From NCBI GenBank assembly GCA_030704615.1, contig CM060733.1:21514001-21578000 (forward strand): a DNA stretch of 64,000 nt, read 5' to 3'. How positions within the stretch are numbered: the stretch's first letter is position 1; every line of letters starts with the position of its first letter. Source of the stretch: Takakia lepidozioides (Eukaryota > Plantae > Bryophyta). A program made the position numbers and the translations under genes. A model generated the notes under the pieces. The model saw only the letters and a program-made list of their open reading frames with translations, had not been told where the DNA came from and did not search any database. Below, in pieces: positions 26,701 to 39,215 of the stretch.

Positions 26701-27824
26701 GAAGCCGAAAATTGCCGGGGAGTACCCATTCATCATAATCAACGGTAAATGCTTCATAATGGACCATATACTCATGCCCATTATATCTCAGTATGTTGAC
26801 GTTCCACCACGAACCATCGCAGTATACCTCCACCTCTGTCAGAAAGACAACAGATGACTCATAAGAGAGCAAACACGAAGGAAGATGAGTGCTGGGTCAA
26901 CTAGAGTTTCAATTCCAAAGAGATGTATCTGCAAAGCTCCCGCTTTACATTTGGCAGGTAACCAACTGAAATGGAATGAGGAGATATCCAGGGTCAAAAA
27001 GAAGCTCTTGCCAAAAAGAATCCCTAAACCTATCTGACAACAGATCAGAAAGAAGGAAAACAAGACCTTCAAAGGCCATAAAAAATAAATTAAATTGGAT
27101 TAAATAAATTAACAAACACAATAGCAGCATTACATCTTAGAAATTCAATCAAGCCATTCTTGAATAGCAGTACTAGCTAGTACGACTCCTACTGCCTTTA
27201 ACCCCAGACAGTGGCGCAAACACACTGAGTTCCTGTCATCTTTCCAGAAGGGAAACAGGATGACTGAGCCAAGAATGAGACTACAGCAATTACAAAAACA
27301 GACTTAAACATTTGATGTGTGTGGGAGCAGCAAGTTCAAAGAAGGAAGCAGAAAGAAAGAGAGAAACTGAAACAGAACCAATTAAACGAAGAACCAAAGG
27401 AGCAATATAATTAAAAAAGAGGGCTGACCCCACGGATCATTAGTTTTCAACCATTTAAATTGACAAGTTCTCATCATTGTCAAAAGACAATTCAATTCAT
27501 GTCATTGTTGAGTAGAATATGCCGTTGAAGCAAGGAGAAAGGGAAATGGGGAGGGACGTATTCAGCAGGTAAGCCTAGAGACATTCAACACATACCGGGC
27601 TGAGAAGTTGTCAGATCTTCATCCTCAAAAATCCTCCTTTCACTTCTACGGGACACCTTATCCACACTGGAATCACCAGAATCTTTCTCATTGCTGCGAC
27701 TCTGGGAGTGCAATTGTTTCCAGGTATGCTCCCCCACTTGACAACCAGCCTTCTGTCGCAACTTCCGTGAAGCTAGGGATGAAGACTCCGCCGAAGTGGA
27801 GCAAACCCCAGATATTCTCACCAT
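14776..27824 (-). CDS. CLSY1: CLASSY1/2-like SNF2 chromatin remodeler (RdDM). Exons: 27596-(27824+), 26600-26835, 20869-22026, 20294-20581, 19712-19870, 18652-19209, 17167-17517, 15825-16710, 14776-15272
   Basis: N-terminal SAWADEE-like region (DGSWW...FRLRSRVAVETDC...GMDVCVF|AWFDAKIMKIERHSH...CKCLFYVQFY), Zn-like HSFLLDLEVGLVCQVCG, Walker A HAPGTGKT, LDEGH, LSGTLFQN, and helicase-C KACGEGITLTGASRVVFMDVLWNP...QAISRAFRLGQ. The GT-AG junctions I inferred are phase-compatible. The 5' end is uncertain. Confidence 0.9.
25862..26270 (-). repeat. Three tandem 141-bp (47 aa) coding repeats in LINE ORF1
   Basis: GFGT.NGLPILKVYTRR..SIHGVIVPK.SDGQS.P.CAEP repeated at 141-bp spacing (26180, 26039, 25898). 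Confidence 0.95.
26373..26397. repeat. (GA)n microsatellite
   Basis: Visible gagaga tract at the LINE 5' end. Confidence 0.9.
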
Positions 27825-29801
27825 TGGTGAACCATTACATCATCTGGCTTGGCGGGTTGTCCTTGAGTCACTGACTTCCATCCAGATACATGCCAAAATA
27901 GGAGACACATATATATCAGGCACCAAGCTGACAACATGGTTCACACTGCCACACAATACATCGCCAGCAAAGTTACATCTAGGCTTCGGAGACTGACTTG
28001 AGGAGATGATGTATGCCACATTACAACCAATCACCTTGCCAGCAATCACAGAACGAATAAATAGCAGTAGTTACCCACTCACCGTAGTTGCTTCAGGCAA
28101 ACGTTGTTGAGCTGTTGCTGTGGATTTCCAGCACCATTGTGCCCACAATGGGTGCACTAACCATGGTTTAGATCCCCTCCACCTACGCATGGTATGCTCC
28201 AATACCTGATTAGTTATGGTTGCAGTCGGCTTCTACCTGCGCAGTGTTCAAGGCTGGGGTAAGCTAGAACCCTCTAATCTGAAAGCCCAGGAACCATTGG
28301 TCAGTACCATCAGCAAAGTTCAGATTCTTTCCCTTGAGACATAACCTATGCAGTAAAAATTAGTACCTGCAGGTATCTGCTCAGGTTGGCATGAGATACA
28401 TTGGAAGATGAGCTAAGTTGAAGACTTTTCTTTGAAACTGTGCCTGACATACATGGCTTCAGACATGGAACACAATGTGCTTTTTTCTTGTCTTCCATGA
28501 GCTCATGGTGAATTACCTACATAATCTAGTATCCAGTGATGATAATTGAACTTGCTAAGGGCCACAAATGCTCTCCTTGCATCTCTAAATGTTCTCCCAC
28601 ACCATCAAAAGGTAACCCAACTACCTTCTTCTCAGTAAGAATTCTATGACGGTACTCAGACCAGGCTTGGTGGAATTTGTAGCTCGTACCTAAGCCACAT
28701 TGCTCCAAAAAGTTGCTGGGGGAAAATGAGAGCACACTCTTTGTACTTCTACAGTCTCTCCTCACGTCCACTTTCCAGTGATGTCACACTTTGTTCTTGG
28801 TTGAGATGCTGGTTGCAGAATGAGAATGTGACCCAACCAGGAGGGCAAGATCTCGTAGGTCACTGGTCGAGCAGGACCGCAAACATCCTTGTACCTGTAA
28901 TAATCAGACTCCTCCGCTAACCTGATACCATAAATATAGCAGGTGCAAGGAGCCTGATCTCAGGAATTGGAAATTCTCTGGTAATTTAGCAATGCATCGC
29001 GAGATTCCAACTTCATTCTGAGCAAAAACATGTTCAGTACCATGAGGCATACTAACAATTAATGGAAGTACCAATTTCATCATTCACAGTTTTGTGCACG
29101 TACATCAGGCCCTGTGTGAAGATCTTCATAAAAATGCAACCAGCAAGAATGAAGAATCGGCAACATTCAGTAGAAACTGCAGGGAGAGATCACCTTCCCC
29201 GCTGCTTCTTCCTCTTCAACATTAGCCCAAATCGATGCACATGTAATCGGACGAAAGAGGACAGAGATGAACATTCAGTTCTGCAGTGCTTCCCTTACAG
29301 TCCGGCGGGCTCAAATAAATCCAACAATCTCTCACTCATAGGACTCTCTCCCCTCCATTCCTCCCTCTCTACTTTCAACCCTCCAATGATGCGTGGCCTT
29401 CTTTGACTGACGATTCACAATCGGCAAGGTCACGATTTTTGCGGGCTGTGATGCTCTTCCGTTTTCCAAGAATTTGAAGAGAGATCTGGTGCCACATCTT
29501 CTGTTCAAAATCACATGTACCTCGCCTTCTCCCTCCTTCTCAGAGATCACTGCGCAACATTCCTGTCGCTTCCAACGCAACCAAGGTCCTCAATTCGCAA
29601 AATCACTTGCTAATCCTTGTAAGGTTCAGGGCATTAGCTTCTGGAATACGCTGTAGCGCCGAATTGTAGCAACACAAAACCCTGCCAAGTTTGCTCCTCA
29701 ACAGCCTCTCTCCATCCTCCTTTCTATCGTCTTACATTTTGTTTCTATTTTTTCCCGACGTCATAGGCGAGTTTTGCCTGCGATCCCATAAACCTCGAAC
29801 T

Positions 29802-30036
29802 GGCAGTCAGTAGCTCAGTTGGTAAAGTGCACTGGGTACCACCCAGATGATTCTGGGGTCAAATCCTGCTACTTGACTGGTGTGGTATACTCTTCCCCTC
29901 CCCTGGGTGGGGGGGGTGTCCCATTTCTCAGCCTCCATTGGCAGGGTTTCTGTGAACGAGGTTATTTTCTCCTCTCACTATCAAGGGGCCTGATTTGTGA
30001 GCTGTCGCTCCCAGGTGTTTAGGGGGAAAAAAAAAA
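29802..30036 (+). mobile_element. tRNA-derived SINE
   Basis: A box TAGCTCAGTTGG, B-box-like GGGTCAAATCC, anticodon-arm stem ctgggt/acccag, about 150 bp unrelated body, poly(A) at 30027-30036. Confidence 0.7.
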
Positions 30037-32329
30037 CATGGCGAAACTCATTCTGCAACGGTACCTCGCCCTCCAGTGATAGCGATTGCCCAGCTACCAA
30101 TACGGCGGTCCCGCCAGAGCTAGTCATACCCATCCCTATGTAGGGTTAGGTGCCACTCAACTAGAAGGGCAGACAGACTCTAGGGAAAATTTGCACTGCA
30201 CCAGACTACGTGGCGTCAAGTTACAGGCCAAGAAATAAGTTGGGAGAAATTTTGAAGGTCAAAAAAGGAGAGACGATTGGAGCGACCAATAGGGATGGTA
30301 GGAAAGGGTGTAGTAGAGCGAAGCAGGATGGCGATGGGATGAAGAGGTGTGTGTTGCAGCCACGTCAGGCGCCCATTGTGGGAATGTGCACACCTGGCGC
30401 CAATCGGCCTTCTAAGAACGTCAGCGAAGAGAGACGGCTGGGCCCGGGCCAGGCCAGCTCTCTTGCCCACCCACAATGAATGGCTACAACCCCTCTAAAT
30501 TGCAGGTGCAACTGAGTTTTTCACCTACGGTTGCTTTGTATGTAATTACATAGGGGTTAAAATCTAAAAATTGACAAGGAAAATATGCCTCCAAATGAAG
30601 TACTTTTTTCTCTACAAAATTTGTAAAACCTAGCGGTGGATGTGTGTATGTAATGCTCACACACGACAAGGTGAAGTGGTTATAATTTTTACTAACTTTA
30701 TTAAGTTTACAATTTGGGTCTGTTTACCCACTTGTACAACGACTAAAATATCGCGAAAAAGTAGGCTACAGCATCGGGACAATGGGCGAGTCACGTCGGC
30801 TTTAAGGCACGGCAAGGATTTCCTAAGCGGTGCAAAATAAAAAGAGATGACTCCAAATATCTGTGACCCAGTGGCAGGGCCAAAGACCCCCAGGGGCACC
30901 ATCATCAGTTTATTTTCCAGGGAGCGGCAAACTCCCTATATGACGAAATCACAAAAACCGGCGATTGTAGTATATTTTCATCCCCAATTACCCTGAGAAT
31001 TTATACATGCTTCTACGGGATGCCTAATCATAATTTGTCACCAAGTTTGGTGATTTCTAGAAAAGATTGGTGACGACATCAAATTATTAAGCCAACGGCA
31101 TTCGCGCAGGCCGCTTAATTGATTTTCTACTGCATCCATGGGATGAAAATGATAAATTCGCCCTGGAAGCTGGATGGATGAAAAGTGGCAACTAGCGCCA
31201 ACTAGCCATCCAAGCTTCAATGTATAGTATTCCTCTTGCTTGTTGTAGTGTTGTCTGGATCCTAGCTTGTAGGCCTTGAGGCCCCTTTGAATTTATCAAG
31301 GAGGTTGTGCAAATTCATGTGGAGAAAGAGATTTGGACGAGTAGGAGAGGCCGGTTTGGACCTTGTGACAGTATTGCATAAGGACCGCATAGAATACCAA
31401 TTCGCGAGTCGATAGAGCATCCCAGACACCTCGCACATTGGAAGGTTGACACATTCCTCACTTGCCATTTATGTATGTGAATTGTTGATTTTTTTTCCAA
31501 GCTACGACTTCAAGATTGAAAGTTGATTGACGAAATAGCCCTCTTGACGAGATGATGTGCATTGTGAATTCACTATGATCTTGAGTTCACAATTGATGTG
31601 GGAAGATCGCATGATATGATTTGCCAAAAGGCCATTTGCACTATGGTGGATAGAATGAAGCATTGAATTATTTTGTTCATTTTTATGTCAAGGAGCAGAG
31701 CTGATATATAGCTCAGTGGGTTATAACCAGAGCTGGGATGAGGATTTGAAAGGCCAAGGAAGGCCATACTAACCTCCCATAGTTCCCCAATCAAGGGGCC
31801 TTTGGAATATGAAGGGGGAAGGGGTTTGTTTGTTTTTTTGGGGGTTTTTCTTTTTGGGTTCATACCTGAGGTGCCCCACGGCCGTCAGCAGCTCGGGTAG
31901 GCCCCGAGTGGTGTGCCAGGGAGCCAGGAACTCAAGGAAACATCTGCGGGGAGCAGCCGTGGCCATGCGCCATAGTGCTAAAGAGGCGGGCCCGCTGACC
32001 TTGAGTCATATTTGCAAGAAAAGATAGTCCGCGCGGCCTCGGCAGCGGGAGAGGCGTGCCAAAAAGGGCGCATTAACCGCTGGGTAAACCTTCGGCATGC
32101 TAACCAGCGGTCGCGGGGATAATCCGCAACGCTACCTGGAACACACCTCTCCCACCTCCATTCCCATTACCCTCCCCTCCACCTTACACCACTTACTCAT
32201 ACGCACATGGGGAATGAAAAGTTTCCATTACCCCCACTACACATCCTCAACCCTCCACTCCATCTAGCTCCTCACCCACCCTGTTTCCCAGACTCAACCC
32301 AAGCAAGGCCTGGATAAGGGCGCTACCGC

Positions 32330-33532
32330 GCCCTTCTCCAGCGTCGCACAGGCGCCCGGCTCGGGACTTGCGACGTCGGGGCGTCGTAACGCCGACGCTC
32401 GGACGACATTGTGGCATCTTGCGATGCCATGCCGTTGCCGGAAAGGGGCCTGACCCCATTCCCCCGCCAACGCATTGGGGGGGTTGCGACGCCCCCGGGA
32501 TGCTGCGACGCCGGAAAATCGCAACGAGACGTCGCAGCGCCACAGCCCAGCGATGCTTTTGCGACGGCGGGGAATCGCAATGCCCGGAAAAAAAAAAAAA
32601 AAAAAAAAAACACATTTTTTCTCTTTTTTTGCGATTCCCCGCTGGGGCTGCGGCGCTGCGATTCCCCGGCGTCCTGGGGGCGTCGCGCAAAATTGATTCT
32701 GGGAGTAGATTATAGAGCATAATGGGCTTGGCATCCTCAGACTATAGCCATTGTCCAACAATAAGTTGCAATGCAGCTTTGCAAAACTTAGGCCATTGAT
32801 AGATATTTATTCTTGAAGAACTCTGGGAACAAGTCTCGGTGCAAGTTCCAACTGTGCGAACTCTTATAGAGTACGCATAATCTGCAACACAATGATAGGA
32901 TTGAGATAGTGGTAGTCACTAGGAGCTAACTCTTGATATGTATATATATACTTGGACTGCTTTTGTGATATATAGATGTATTGTAGATTTGTTGGTTAGT
33001 GTGCAGTGTCTTAGAAATGTTATAATGTGGAGGTCCTAGGTTCAAATATGCATTGCCTAATATATGTAGAACAATGCATAAACTGCCATTGGACAAAACC
33101 GGAGTCAATGGTCAACGCCGAGTCAATGGTCAACTAGTTTTTGAAATTGAAAATTCAAATTTAAATTCAAATTCAAATTTTATCACCTAAATGCAAATGT
33201 ACCCTCCTACTAAGACGTCTGGGGGTCTTATTTATGACCCCCGGACGTACCTAATGCGACGTCGCAGAAAAAAACGTTTTTTTTTTTTTTTTTTTTTTTT
33301 TTGCGATGCTCAGACGTCGCAGGTCGCGCCGGCGCCGCGTCCGGGGGGTTTGCGATTCCCCAACGACGCTAATTAGTGACGTTTCGGGAGCGAAGTCTCT
33401 ACGACTTCCCGACGTCGCAAAATGCCACCGGCGCGCCCCAGGCCCCGTAGAGTATTTCCGTCGCTAATCGCGGCGGTTGGAGGTCGCTGGGGCATCGCTA
33501 ACGAGGTAGTCGACCCCCCAAACGTAGTAGTG
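32330..33532. mobile_element. CACTA (En/Spm) element remnant with GCGACG subterminal repeats
   Basis: Ends GTAGTAGTG at 33532 (reverse complement CACTACTAC). Dense GCGACG/CGTCGC motifs with poly-A/T tracts and an internal AATTCAAATTT repeat. Left end not found. Confidence 0.7.
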
Positions 33533-35572
33533 CAAATGAGGCTTGACACCTCACTTGGCATATGAGACCCAATGAAGTCCCAACACACAAAATATAAATA
33601 TAAATATATAAAATGTCTCAGTTAACTAGAAGTAGGTAATTCTAGATAACCATGACTAAAACCATGACAGTTGTCGTGCACCTAAGCATCGTGCCATAAC
33701 ATACATCGTTGTTCACCACACATTCTAAGCATACAATCCTAGAAAGCTATGCCACAATCGCCCCCCTAGCTGGTGATTAGGTCCCTCTAACACCAGATAA
33801 CTGACAAGTATCCATCCCAATAAGATCATCGTTTGGTCATCAATCGCCCAAGTCTCACTATCTGAAGTCAATAGATCAAGAGGTCGGGTGCAAAAGTAGC
33901 CCCATCGTTACTCGCCTTCCTGCAATCCATGGCTTCAATTGGGTGTCCATGGCATCGAACTCCCATCAGCTAGACCTTGGATCACTTGTCAACCTCGTCA
34001 CTGTCATGCCCCACTACCTCTGTCCAAGACATCGTGGACATAACCACTCTCCACTATGAACCTCCTCAAGTGGCGGTGTTAAACATCCCATGTGCCACCC
34101 CCTTAAGTATTTGTCACACACCAACATGGTCGCGGCACCACCAGCATACCCACATAGCATGCAACGCAACCCTGCAGGTACCACTGCAAAGTTGGGATCT
34201 ATCCTCCCATCCACATGTGGAAGGTGACATGGCGCACAATTGCGCACATGGTCCTTCCATACTATGTCATCTCGACCCTCCAGAATCAACACTCCTAAAG
34301 GCAACACCTCCCGGATCCTTAGAATCACACGACCTGTTGTGACATCCAAGGTCGTAGGCGTTGTCTGCTGCAGATACACATGGTCCCCAAGATGGAAACG
34401 CCGAACACCTGGCCGATATTTCCCTCCACGTATAGTGGCGTACCTCAATGTGCCTCGGTGTTGGGCAATAGCAAGGTTCTCAAAAGCCATAGGCATGACT
34501 CTCTTGAACAACTCTGCCCGTTGGGCACATGCTTGTGTCCACACATCCGGATCATCAAGGTTGAGGACTACTGCAGTCTCCCTGCGAATAGATACAGACA
34601 AATCTGGCTCTCGGCCAAAGAGAAGGAAATAAGGCAAGAACGAGGGAAATGATGTTTGCTTGCTAAACCTGTAACCCATAGCCAACCAAGGTAGCTGAAG
34701 GTCCCAATCTCCCAAGTGTCCATTCTGCAAGCCATACTTGCGCAAACCTCGCTTGACTGTTTGCACAACCCTCTCGGTCAAGCCATCAGCCTCAGGATGA
34801 TCCCGAGAAGTAGTGTGGTGAACTATCAAGGCTTGCTCACACAAAGCCTGAAACTCCTCCAAGAACTCTCTCTCATGGTCGTGAGTACCTCGGCTGGAGC
34901 ACCAAATTGGCTAAGCACTCAATCTAAGAATGCATACGCAACCCCCTCACTTGCCTTGTCAGGCAATGCCACTAGTTCAATCCATTTGGAGAAATGTTCT
35001 ATCATCACCAGCACATACCTCTTTTGGCGAATCGTTAGTTGCAATGGGCCAGCGAAGTCAAGACTCCAATGATATCCCAAACCCATAATGGGTAAATGAT
35101 GCAATTGTGGAGTAGGTGCATTGAAAGAAGCCCGCACTCTATCATACACCATGCACCTTGCCACTAACTGCTGCACATCCGTGTGCATGCCCCGCCACCA
35201 ATATTGTCCTTGCAGCAAACTATGAGTGCGTCGCACCCCAAAATGTCCCAACTACTCATGGGCATGGCGTACCAATGGCGCTCGTTGTGTTGGATGAGGC
35301 ACAATCCTCACTCGTCCATCCTCCTATACTCGGAGTAGGTGAGTGGTCTCCCACTTGAACCTCTTGGCTCGTTGTAGGATCCGATCTCTCTCCTTAGCAG
35401 TCACACTGGTTGTTGTATCTCTAGTACGAAGGTAGGCCAACACTGCTACATCTTTATGTACATCATTACCACCACCAAGCTTCTCACTGATTTTTGGATT
35501 GTCATGCATACTATTTTCATGACCAATCCCATGGGGTGGACCAGCTTGAGCTCCCATTGCTAGAATGCACAA
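33533..35572 (-). mobile_element. Ty3/gypsy 3' fragment: integrase with C-terminal PHD finger, PPT and partial 3' LTR
   Basis: GHFGVRRT...YWWRGMHTDV...C (Zn-binding), WSLDFAGP, EHFSKW, HPEADGLTERVV, then C..C...MLVCD....GWHMGCLTPPLEEV.SGEWLCPRC. PPT-like CTAGGGGGGCGAT followed by TG at 33756. Confidence 0.9.
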
Positions 35573-35595
35573 AAAGGCATATGTATTTCATCTTG

Positions 35596-36200
35596 CACTA
35601 CAGGAAAAGGGGGGCATTTGCGACGTCCGCGCCACGCCGCAGCGTCGGGAAAACGCCCTTTTCGGGCACGCGGGAGGCGCAGAATTTGCGACGCCCGGCC
35701 GTCGCCCTGTAGTCGCTAGGACGTCGCAAAAATGCGACATATGGCGCCATCGCTGCCCTCCAGCCGACGGCGTTGGTGGGGGTGCCGGCGCGGCGTCGCA
35801 TTTTTATTTTTATTTTCTAACCTGACCGGGAGTCAGCCAGGTGGTATGCGAAGCGACGCTCGTACGTCGCTGCCAGCGACTATTGGGCGTGGCACAAAAC
35901 AGTTGGAGTCGGTCTCCGCCACGCCCAGGCGTGGGTTGTTGCGACGTTCCGGTGTCGCGTTTTTTTTTTTAAAATTTTTAAAAAAAATGGCGCAGGCAGG
36001 GTGACGGTCTCCGCGACGCCAGGGCGTCGCGGGTTGCGACCCCCGAACTAAAAAATACGTCGCAGGGGGTGTCGAGCGTTGCTACCCGCAAATGGGGTTT
36101 GCGACGCCCGACCGTCGCTTCTTGCGACCCCCGCCCAAAAAACACGTCGCCCTTGGCGAAGTGCTGCAGTCGCGAGGGCAACCTGGGGGGGGGGGGGGGG
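35596..36200. mobile_element. CACTA terminal inverted repeat and subterminal repeat block
   Basis: CACTACAGGAAAAGGGGGCATTTGCGACG at 35596, followed by many GCGACG/CGTCGC motifs. Confidence 0.85.
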
Positions 36201-36409
36201 GTGGGGGTTCATTTTGGGGGTGAATTGGGGGTTTTTTTGTTTTTTTCCTGGTTTTGTATTTGGGGATGGGAGAACTTACAGTTCCATTTCTCTGAGTTAG
36301 CATGTACACAATTGAGCAAGCATGAATCGAGGGTGAGGACGGTGCGACACATGAATAAGATGGAAGATGGAAAGATGGAAATATATTTACAAGACATGAG
36401 CTGAAAAGC

Positions 36410-38723
36410 TCACAAGGGTTCAGTAGACTGACCCTGGGACCTACATGGACTAGGACTAGTATCATCCTCATCCTCAGTGGAGGACTCAGAGCTATCCGAT
36501 GAGCCTGATGACTCCGCGCCCTTTGCCAGAGCACGTAAATGAGGCGGCGTTCCCCTAAGTCCCACAGAGCTCTCATCCAATCCCTGGGCATGACCCTTGA
36601 CCTCATCCATACTAGTGCCATGTAGTGCACTCATCCCCTCTGTGTTGGCCATGTTCTTCATGAGGGATTGTCAACCATGCTCCTTGGCGTAGTTGTACTC
36701 TACTAGAGATGGCTTCCTCTCAAACGCGCGTTGCTACACATGCCACAAATTAAAGTCAGTTCTTCGCGATGATGGAGCCAGAAAGAAGACATAACAAAAT
36801 CCATAGGGAAGTACGACTTACAAATCGCAAGATAAAACCCTAGGATCCGCCGGCGCCCTACTTATGTGTGGATTCGTGCTTGTCAAGGCGGACTGTTGTT
36901 GCTTCGCGTGCCCGGTCAAATTTGGCCTTGTTTGCGGCATCAGTCTCTCCCGCAATGAGTGCATCCCACGATACCTATGCACCCCCCCCCCCCCCCCCCC
37001 CCCCCAACAATTAGTGAATTACACACATACGTTGCATCAAATCCACCTCATTAATGCACATGCGACAAATGGAAGGTGACATGATTCAGGATTTGTCAAC
37101 CTGTGTAATTCCATAAGGTGGTTTGGGTATGGCCCCCTTTTCCATTGCCCTCCGAATGATCTGTCTGGCACAGTACCTCCTGTCCTTCAAGTTTCGCCCC
37201 ACCATCTCCATCACCCTTGTGTCACTCCAATTTCCCGGAAACCAGCGGTCTAACTCACGGGCATACGCCCGCTTCACGCCAAAGTGCTGTTCAGCCCACT
37301 CGATGTGCAAAGGGAACCACCTCAATGCGAGTTCGAAGGCTGGCTTCTTCATAGCCTCCCAGAACGCACTGCAGGGATCACCATGGCGATTCACCTCTAC
37401 CAGTGGCACCATGATCTTTGCCAACTCCACGTCCTGTATCGCCAAGGCCATCCCACCCTCTCCCTTCTTTGTAGCCTCCTTCCCCTGCTCCTTTGTTACC
37501 CCACTGCCCTCCCCCGCATGCACACTCACCCCTTCCTCTCCATGGGACTTCTTTTTCTTATTCTTCTTTTCCTTCCCCTTCTCCACAACCATCTCCTTCC
37601 CCTTCCCCGCTACTTCCTCTCTCTCCTTCTCCCTCTCCCTTGTCTCTCTCTCCTCGGCAACCCCTTCATTGATGGTAAAAGGGATCTTGGGAGATCGAGG
37701 CCTCTTCTTCTTACCTTTGGTGTTCGGGTCCTTCATGAACACCACGTGCTCTCTCTCATTGGCAATCCCACGGGACTGCACCAACAAAGCCAGCCATGTT
37801 GCTGCCTCCTGAAGACAAATAACCCCTCCAAATTCAAAAAAAGAAACAAACAACAAAGAAAATCATGCATGAAAAGGAAAGGATAAATCATGGAACAAGG
37901 TGCGACAGTTGTACCTTTGCAAGCTTGTCCGACTCGCCCCTGATGTCACCCGATGTGGGAGGAGTCCCCGTTTCTGGATGTGCCCGCTCTATCCCCTCCC
38001 GGAGCGCCACTGGAAGTAGATTCCAGATGTGGATCATAGCCGGCGGCGGCGCCCCGTAGTCCAGGCCCTTCTTTGCTGATGGCTCAGGCTCAGGGGGTGG
38101 TGTCGCTGATCGGCTAGGCTACTCCGAACCGGCCCATACCTCCTCCTCTCCCCCCCCCAATGCATGTCAGGGTAGAAACCCTCACCCGGCTTGACTTCTT
38201 CGAGGCGCTTCGCTATCTTGGCCACTTCATTGGCCCTCCTCGTCTCCTCCTCCCTCATCGACAACAATGGGCTGGCAATGGAGGCTTTCAAAGGCCTTTG
38301 AACCTGATGTTGGGCCTTGGCAAGTGCAGCCTTTGCTGTGGATGAAGGGGTCGCTATGGGGGTGACATCCAAAAGGTGCCCATACCGGGCCCCCGAATGG
38401 GTGATGTGCTTGCCAAGGTACATTTCACCCGTCTTGGTGGCTGGGGGTGTGCTCAACTGAGCATCCGGCTCAGCAACAACCTCCCGAATAGGAGAGCTGG
38501 CTGAGCCGGCCCCTGGCGCATCCAAGATGTGGACAAGAGGGGGGGTATTGGCCTCGGGGGGCAGACGAGCCCTCCGGCTGCGACTGTCGACGGCGCTGGT
38601 TAGCCGTGAGACGCCCTGGCGCGTCACACGTGCCGGCAGAGCAAACGGATTGTCCGCCCCTTTCTTTGGGGCAGGGGACTTCTTCTCTTTCCCCATAAGC
38701 TGGCACCTATCATGCAAACTCAC
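36410..38723 (-). pseudogene. Multi-exon TnpA/ORF2-like gene of the CACTA element
   Basis: ORFs 38034..38723, 37086..37856, 36410..36661. W...F...M...K.RR...PPYGITQ|VSWDALI...K...R...H..GAGG resembles Ptta/En/Spm TnpA-like proteins. At least one exon has stops. Points toward the TIR. Confidence 0.6.
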
Positions 38724-38811
38724 AAGTTGGCCTCATTAGGAACATTCCAGATCAAAAACAAAAAAAACCAAGCATGTCGGGGGCTGAGAGCAGCAAGTGC
38801 TCGGGGTCTCG

Positions 38812-39215
38812 AGAGGGGGCAACAAAGAGAAAAGAAAAAGGGGGGGGGGGGGGAAGTGACTGAGCACCACCACCAGCTGTTGAGCACCACGGGCTCAGTC
38901 ACTCCCCCCCCCCCCCCCCATTTTTGTTTTTTTTGTTTCCCTCTCTCTCCCTCTCTCTCCCTCCCTTCTTGGAATTGGTCGGTTGCATCAGTGTTCTTTT
39001 CATGATTTTCCATCTATACCAGATGGACTCTAAACAGTGTTTTCACCAGCCTTATAAAGGTTTTCTATCCGTACCGGAAGAATCACTTGGGTGGACACTA
39101 AAATACCTCTAAAAAGGGCCTATAATTTTTCATTGCTCTTTTATTGACTTTCATCTATACCAGATGAGTCACCAGAGAATGAGGAATTACCTCCATAGGG
39201 GTTATGACACTGGCA
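38812..39215. repeat. Dispersed repeat, inverted copy at 49768-50070 and partial direct copy at 50820-50885
   Basis: catctataccagatg...gaagaatcacttgggtggacactaaa...gggttatgacactggcat matches the reverse complement of 49768-50010. Confidence 0.85.

Noticed and set aside
29802-29880. Functional tRNA gene
   Set aside because: The B box and acceptor stem are imperfect, and it continues into a body with poly(A). It fits a SINE better.
30370-30480. MITE bounded by CATTGTGGG/CCCACAATG
   Set aside because: The 9-bp inverted match is too short and no TSD is evident.
32236-32245. CACTAC as the left TIR partner of 33532
   Set aside because: The sequence after CACTAC does not match the 33532 end, and there is no 3-bp TSD.
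32247-32761. Overlapping 100-157 aa ORFs (similar ones at 6751-7110, 35565-36400, 51352-52023)
   Set aside because: Stop-poor GC-rich repeat DNA with homopolymer runs and no protein motifs.
33533-35595. PHD-gypsy fragment as cargo between two CACTA TIRs
   Set aside because: The TIRs face away from this segment, so it lies between two elements rather than inside one.
37123-37886. Long plus-strand ORFs
   Set aside because: Antisense shadows of the minus-strand TnpA-like exon.
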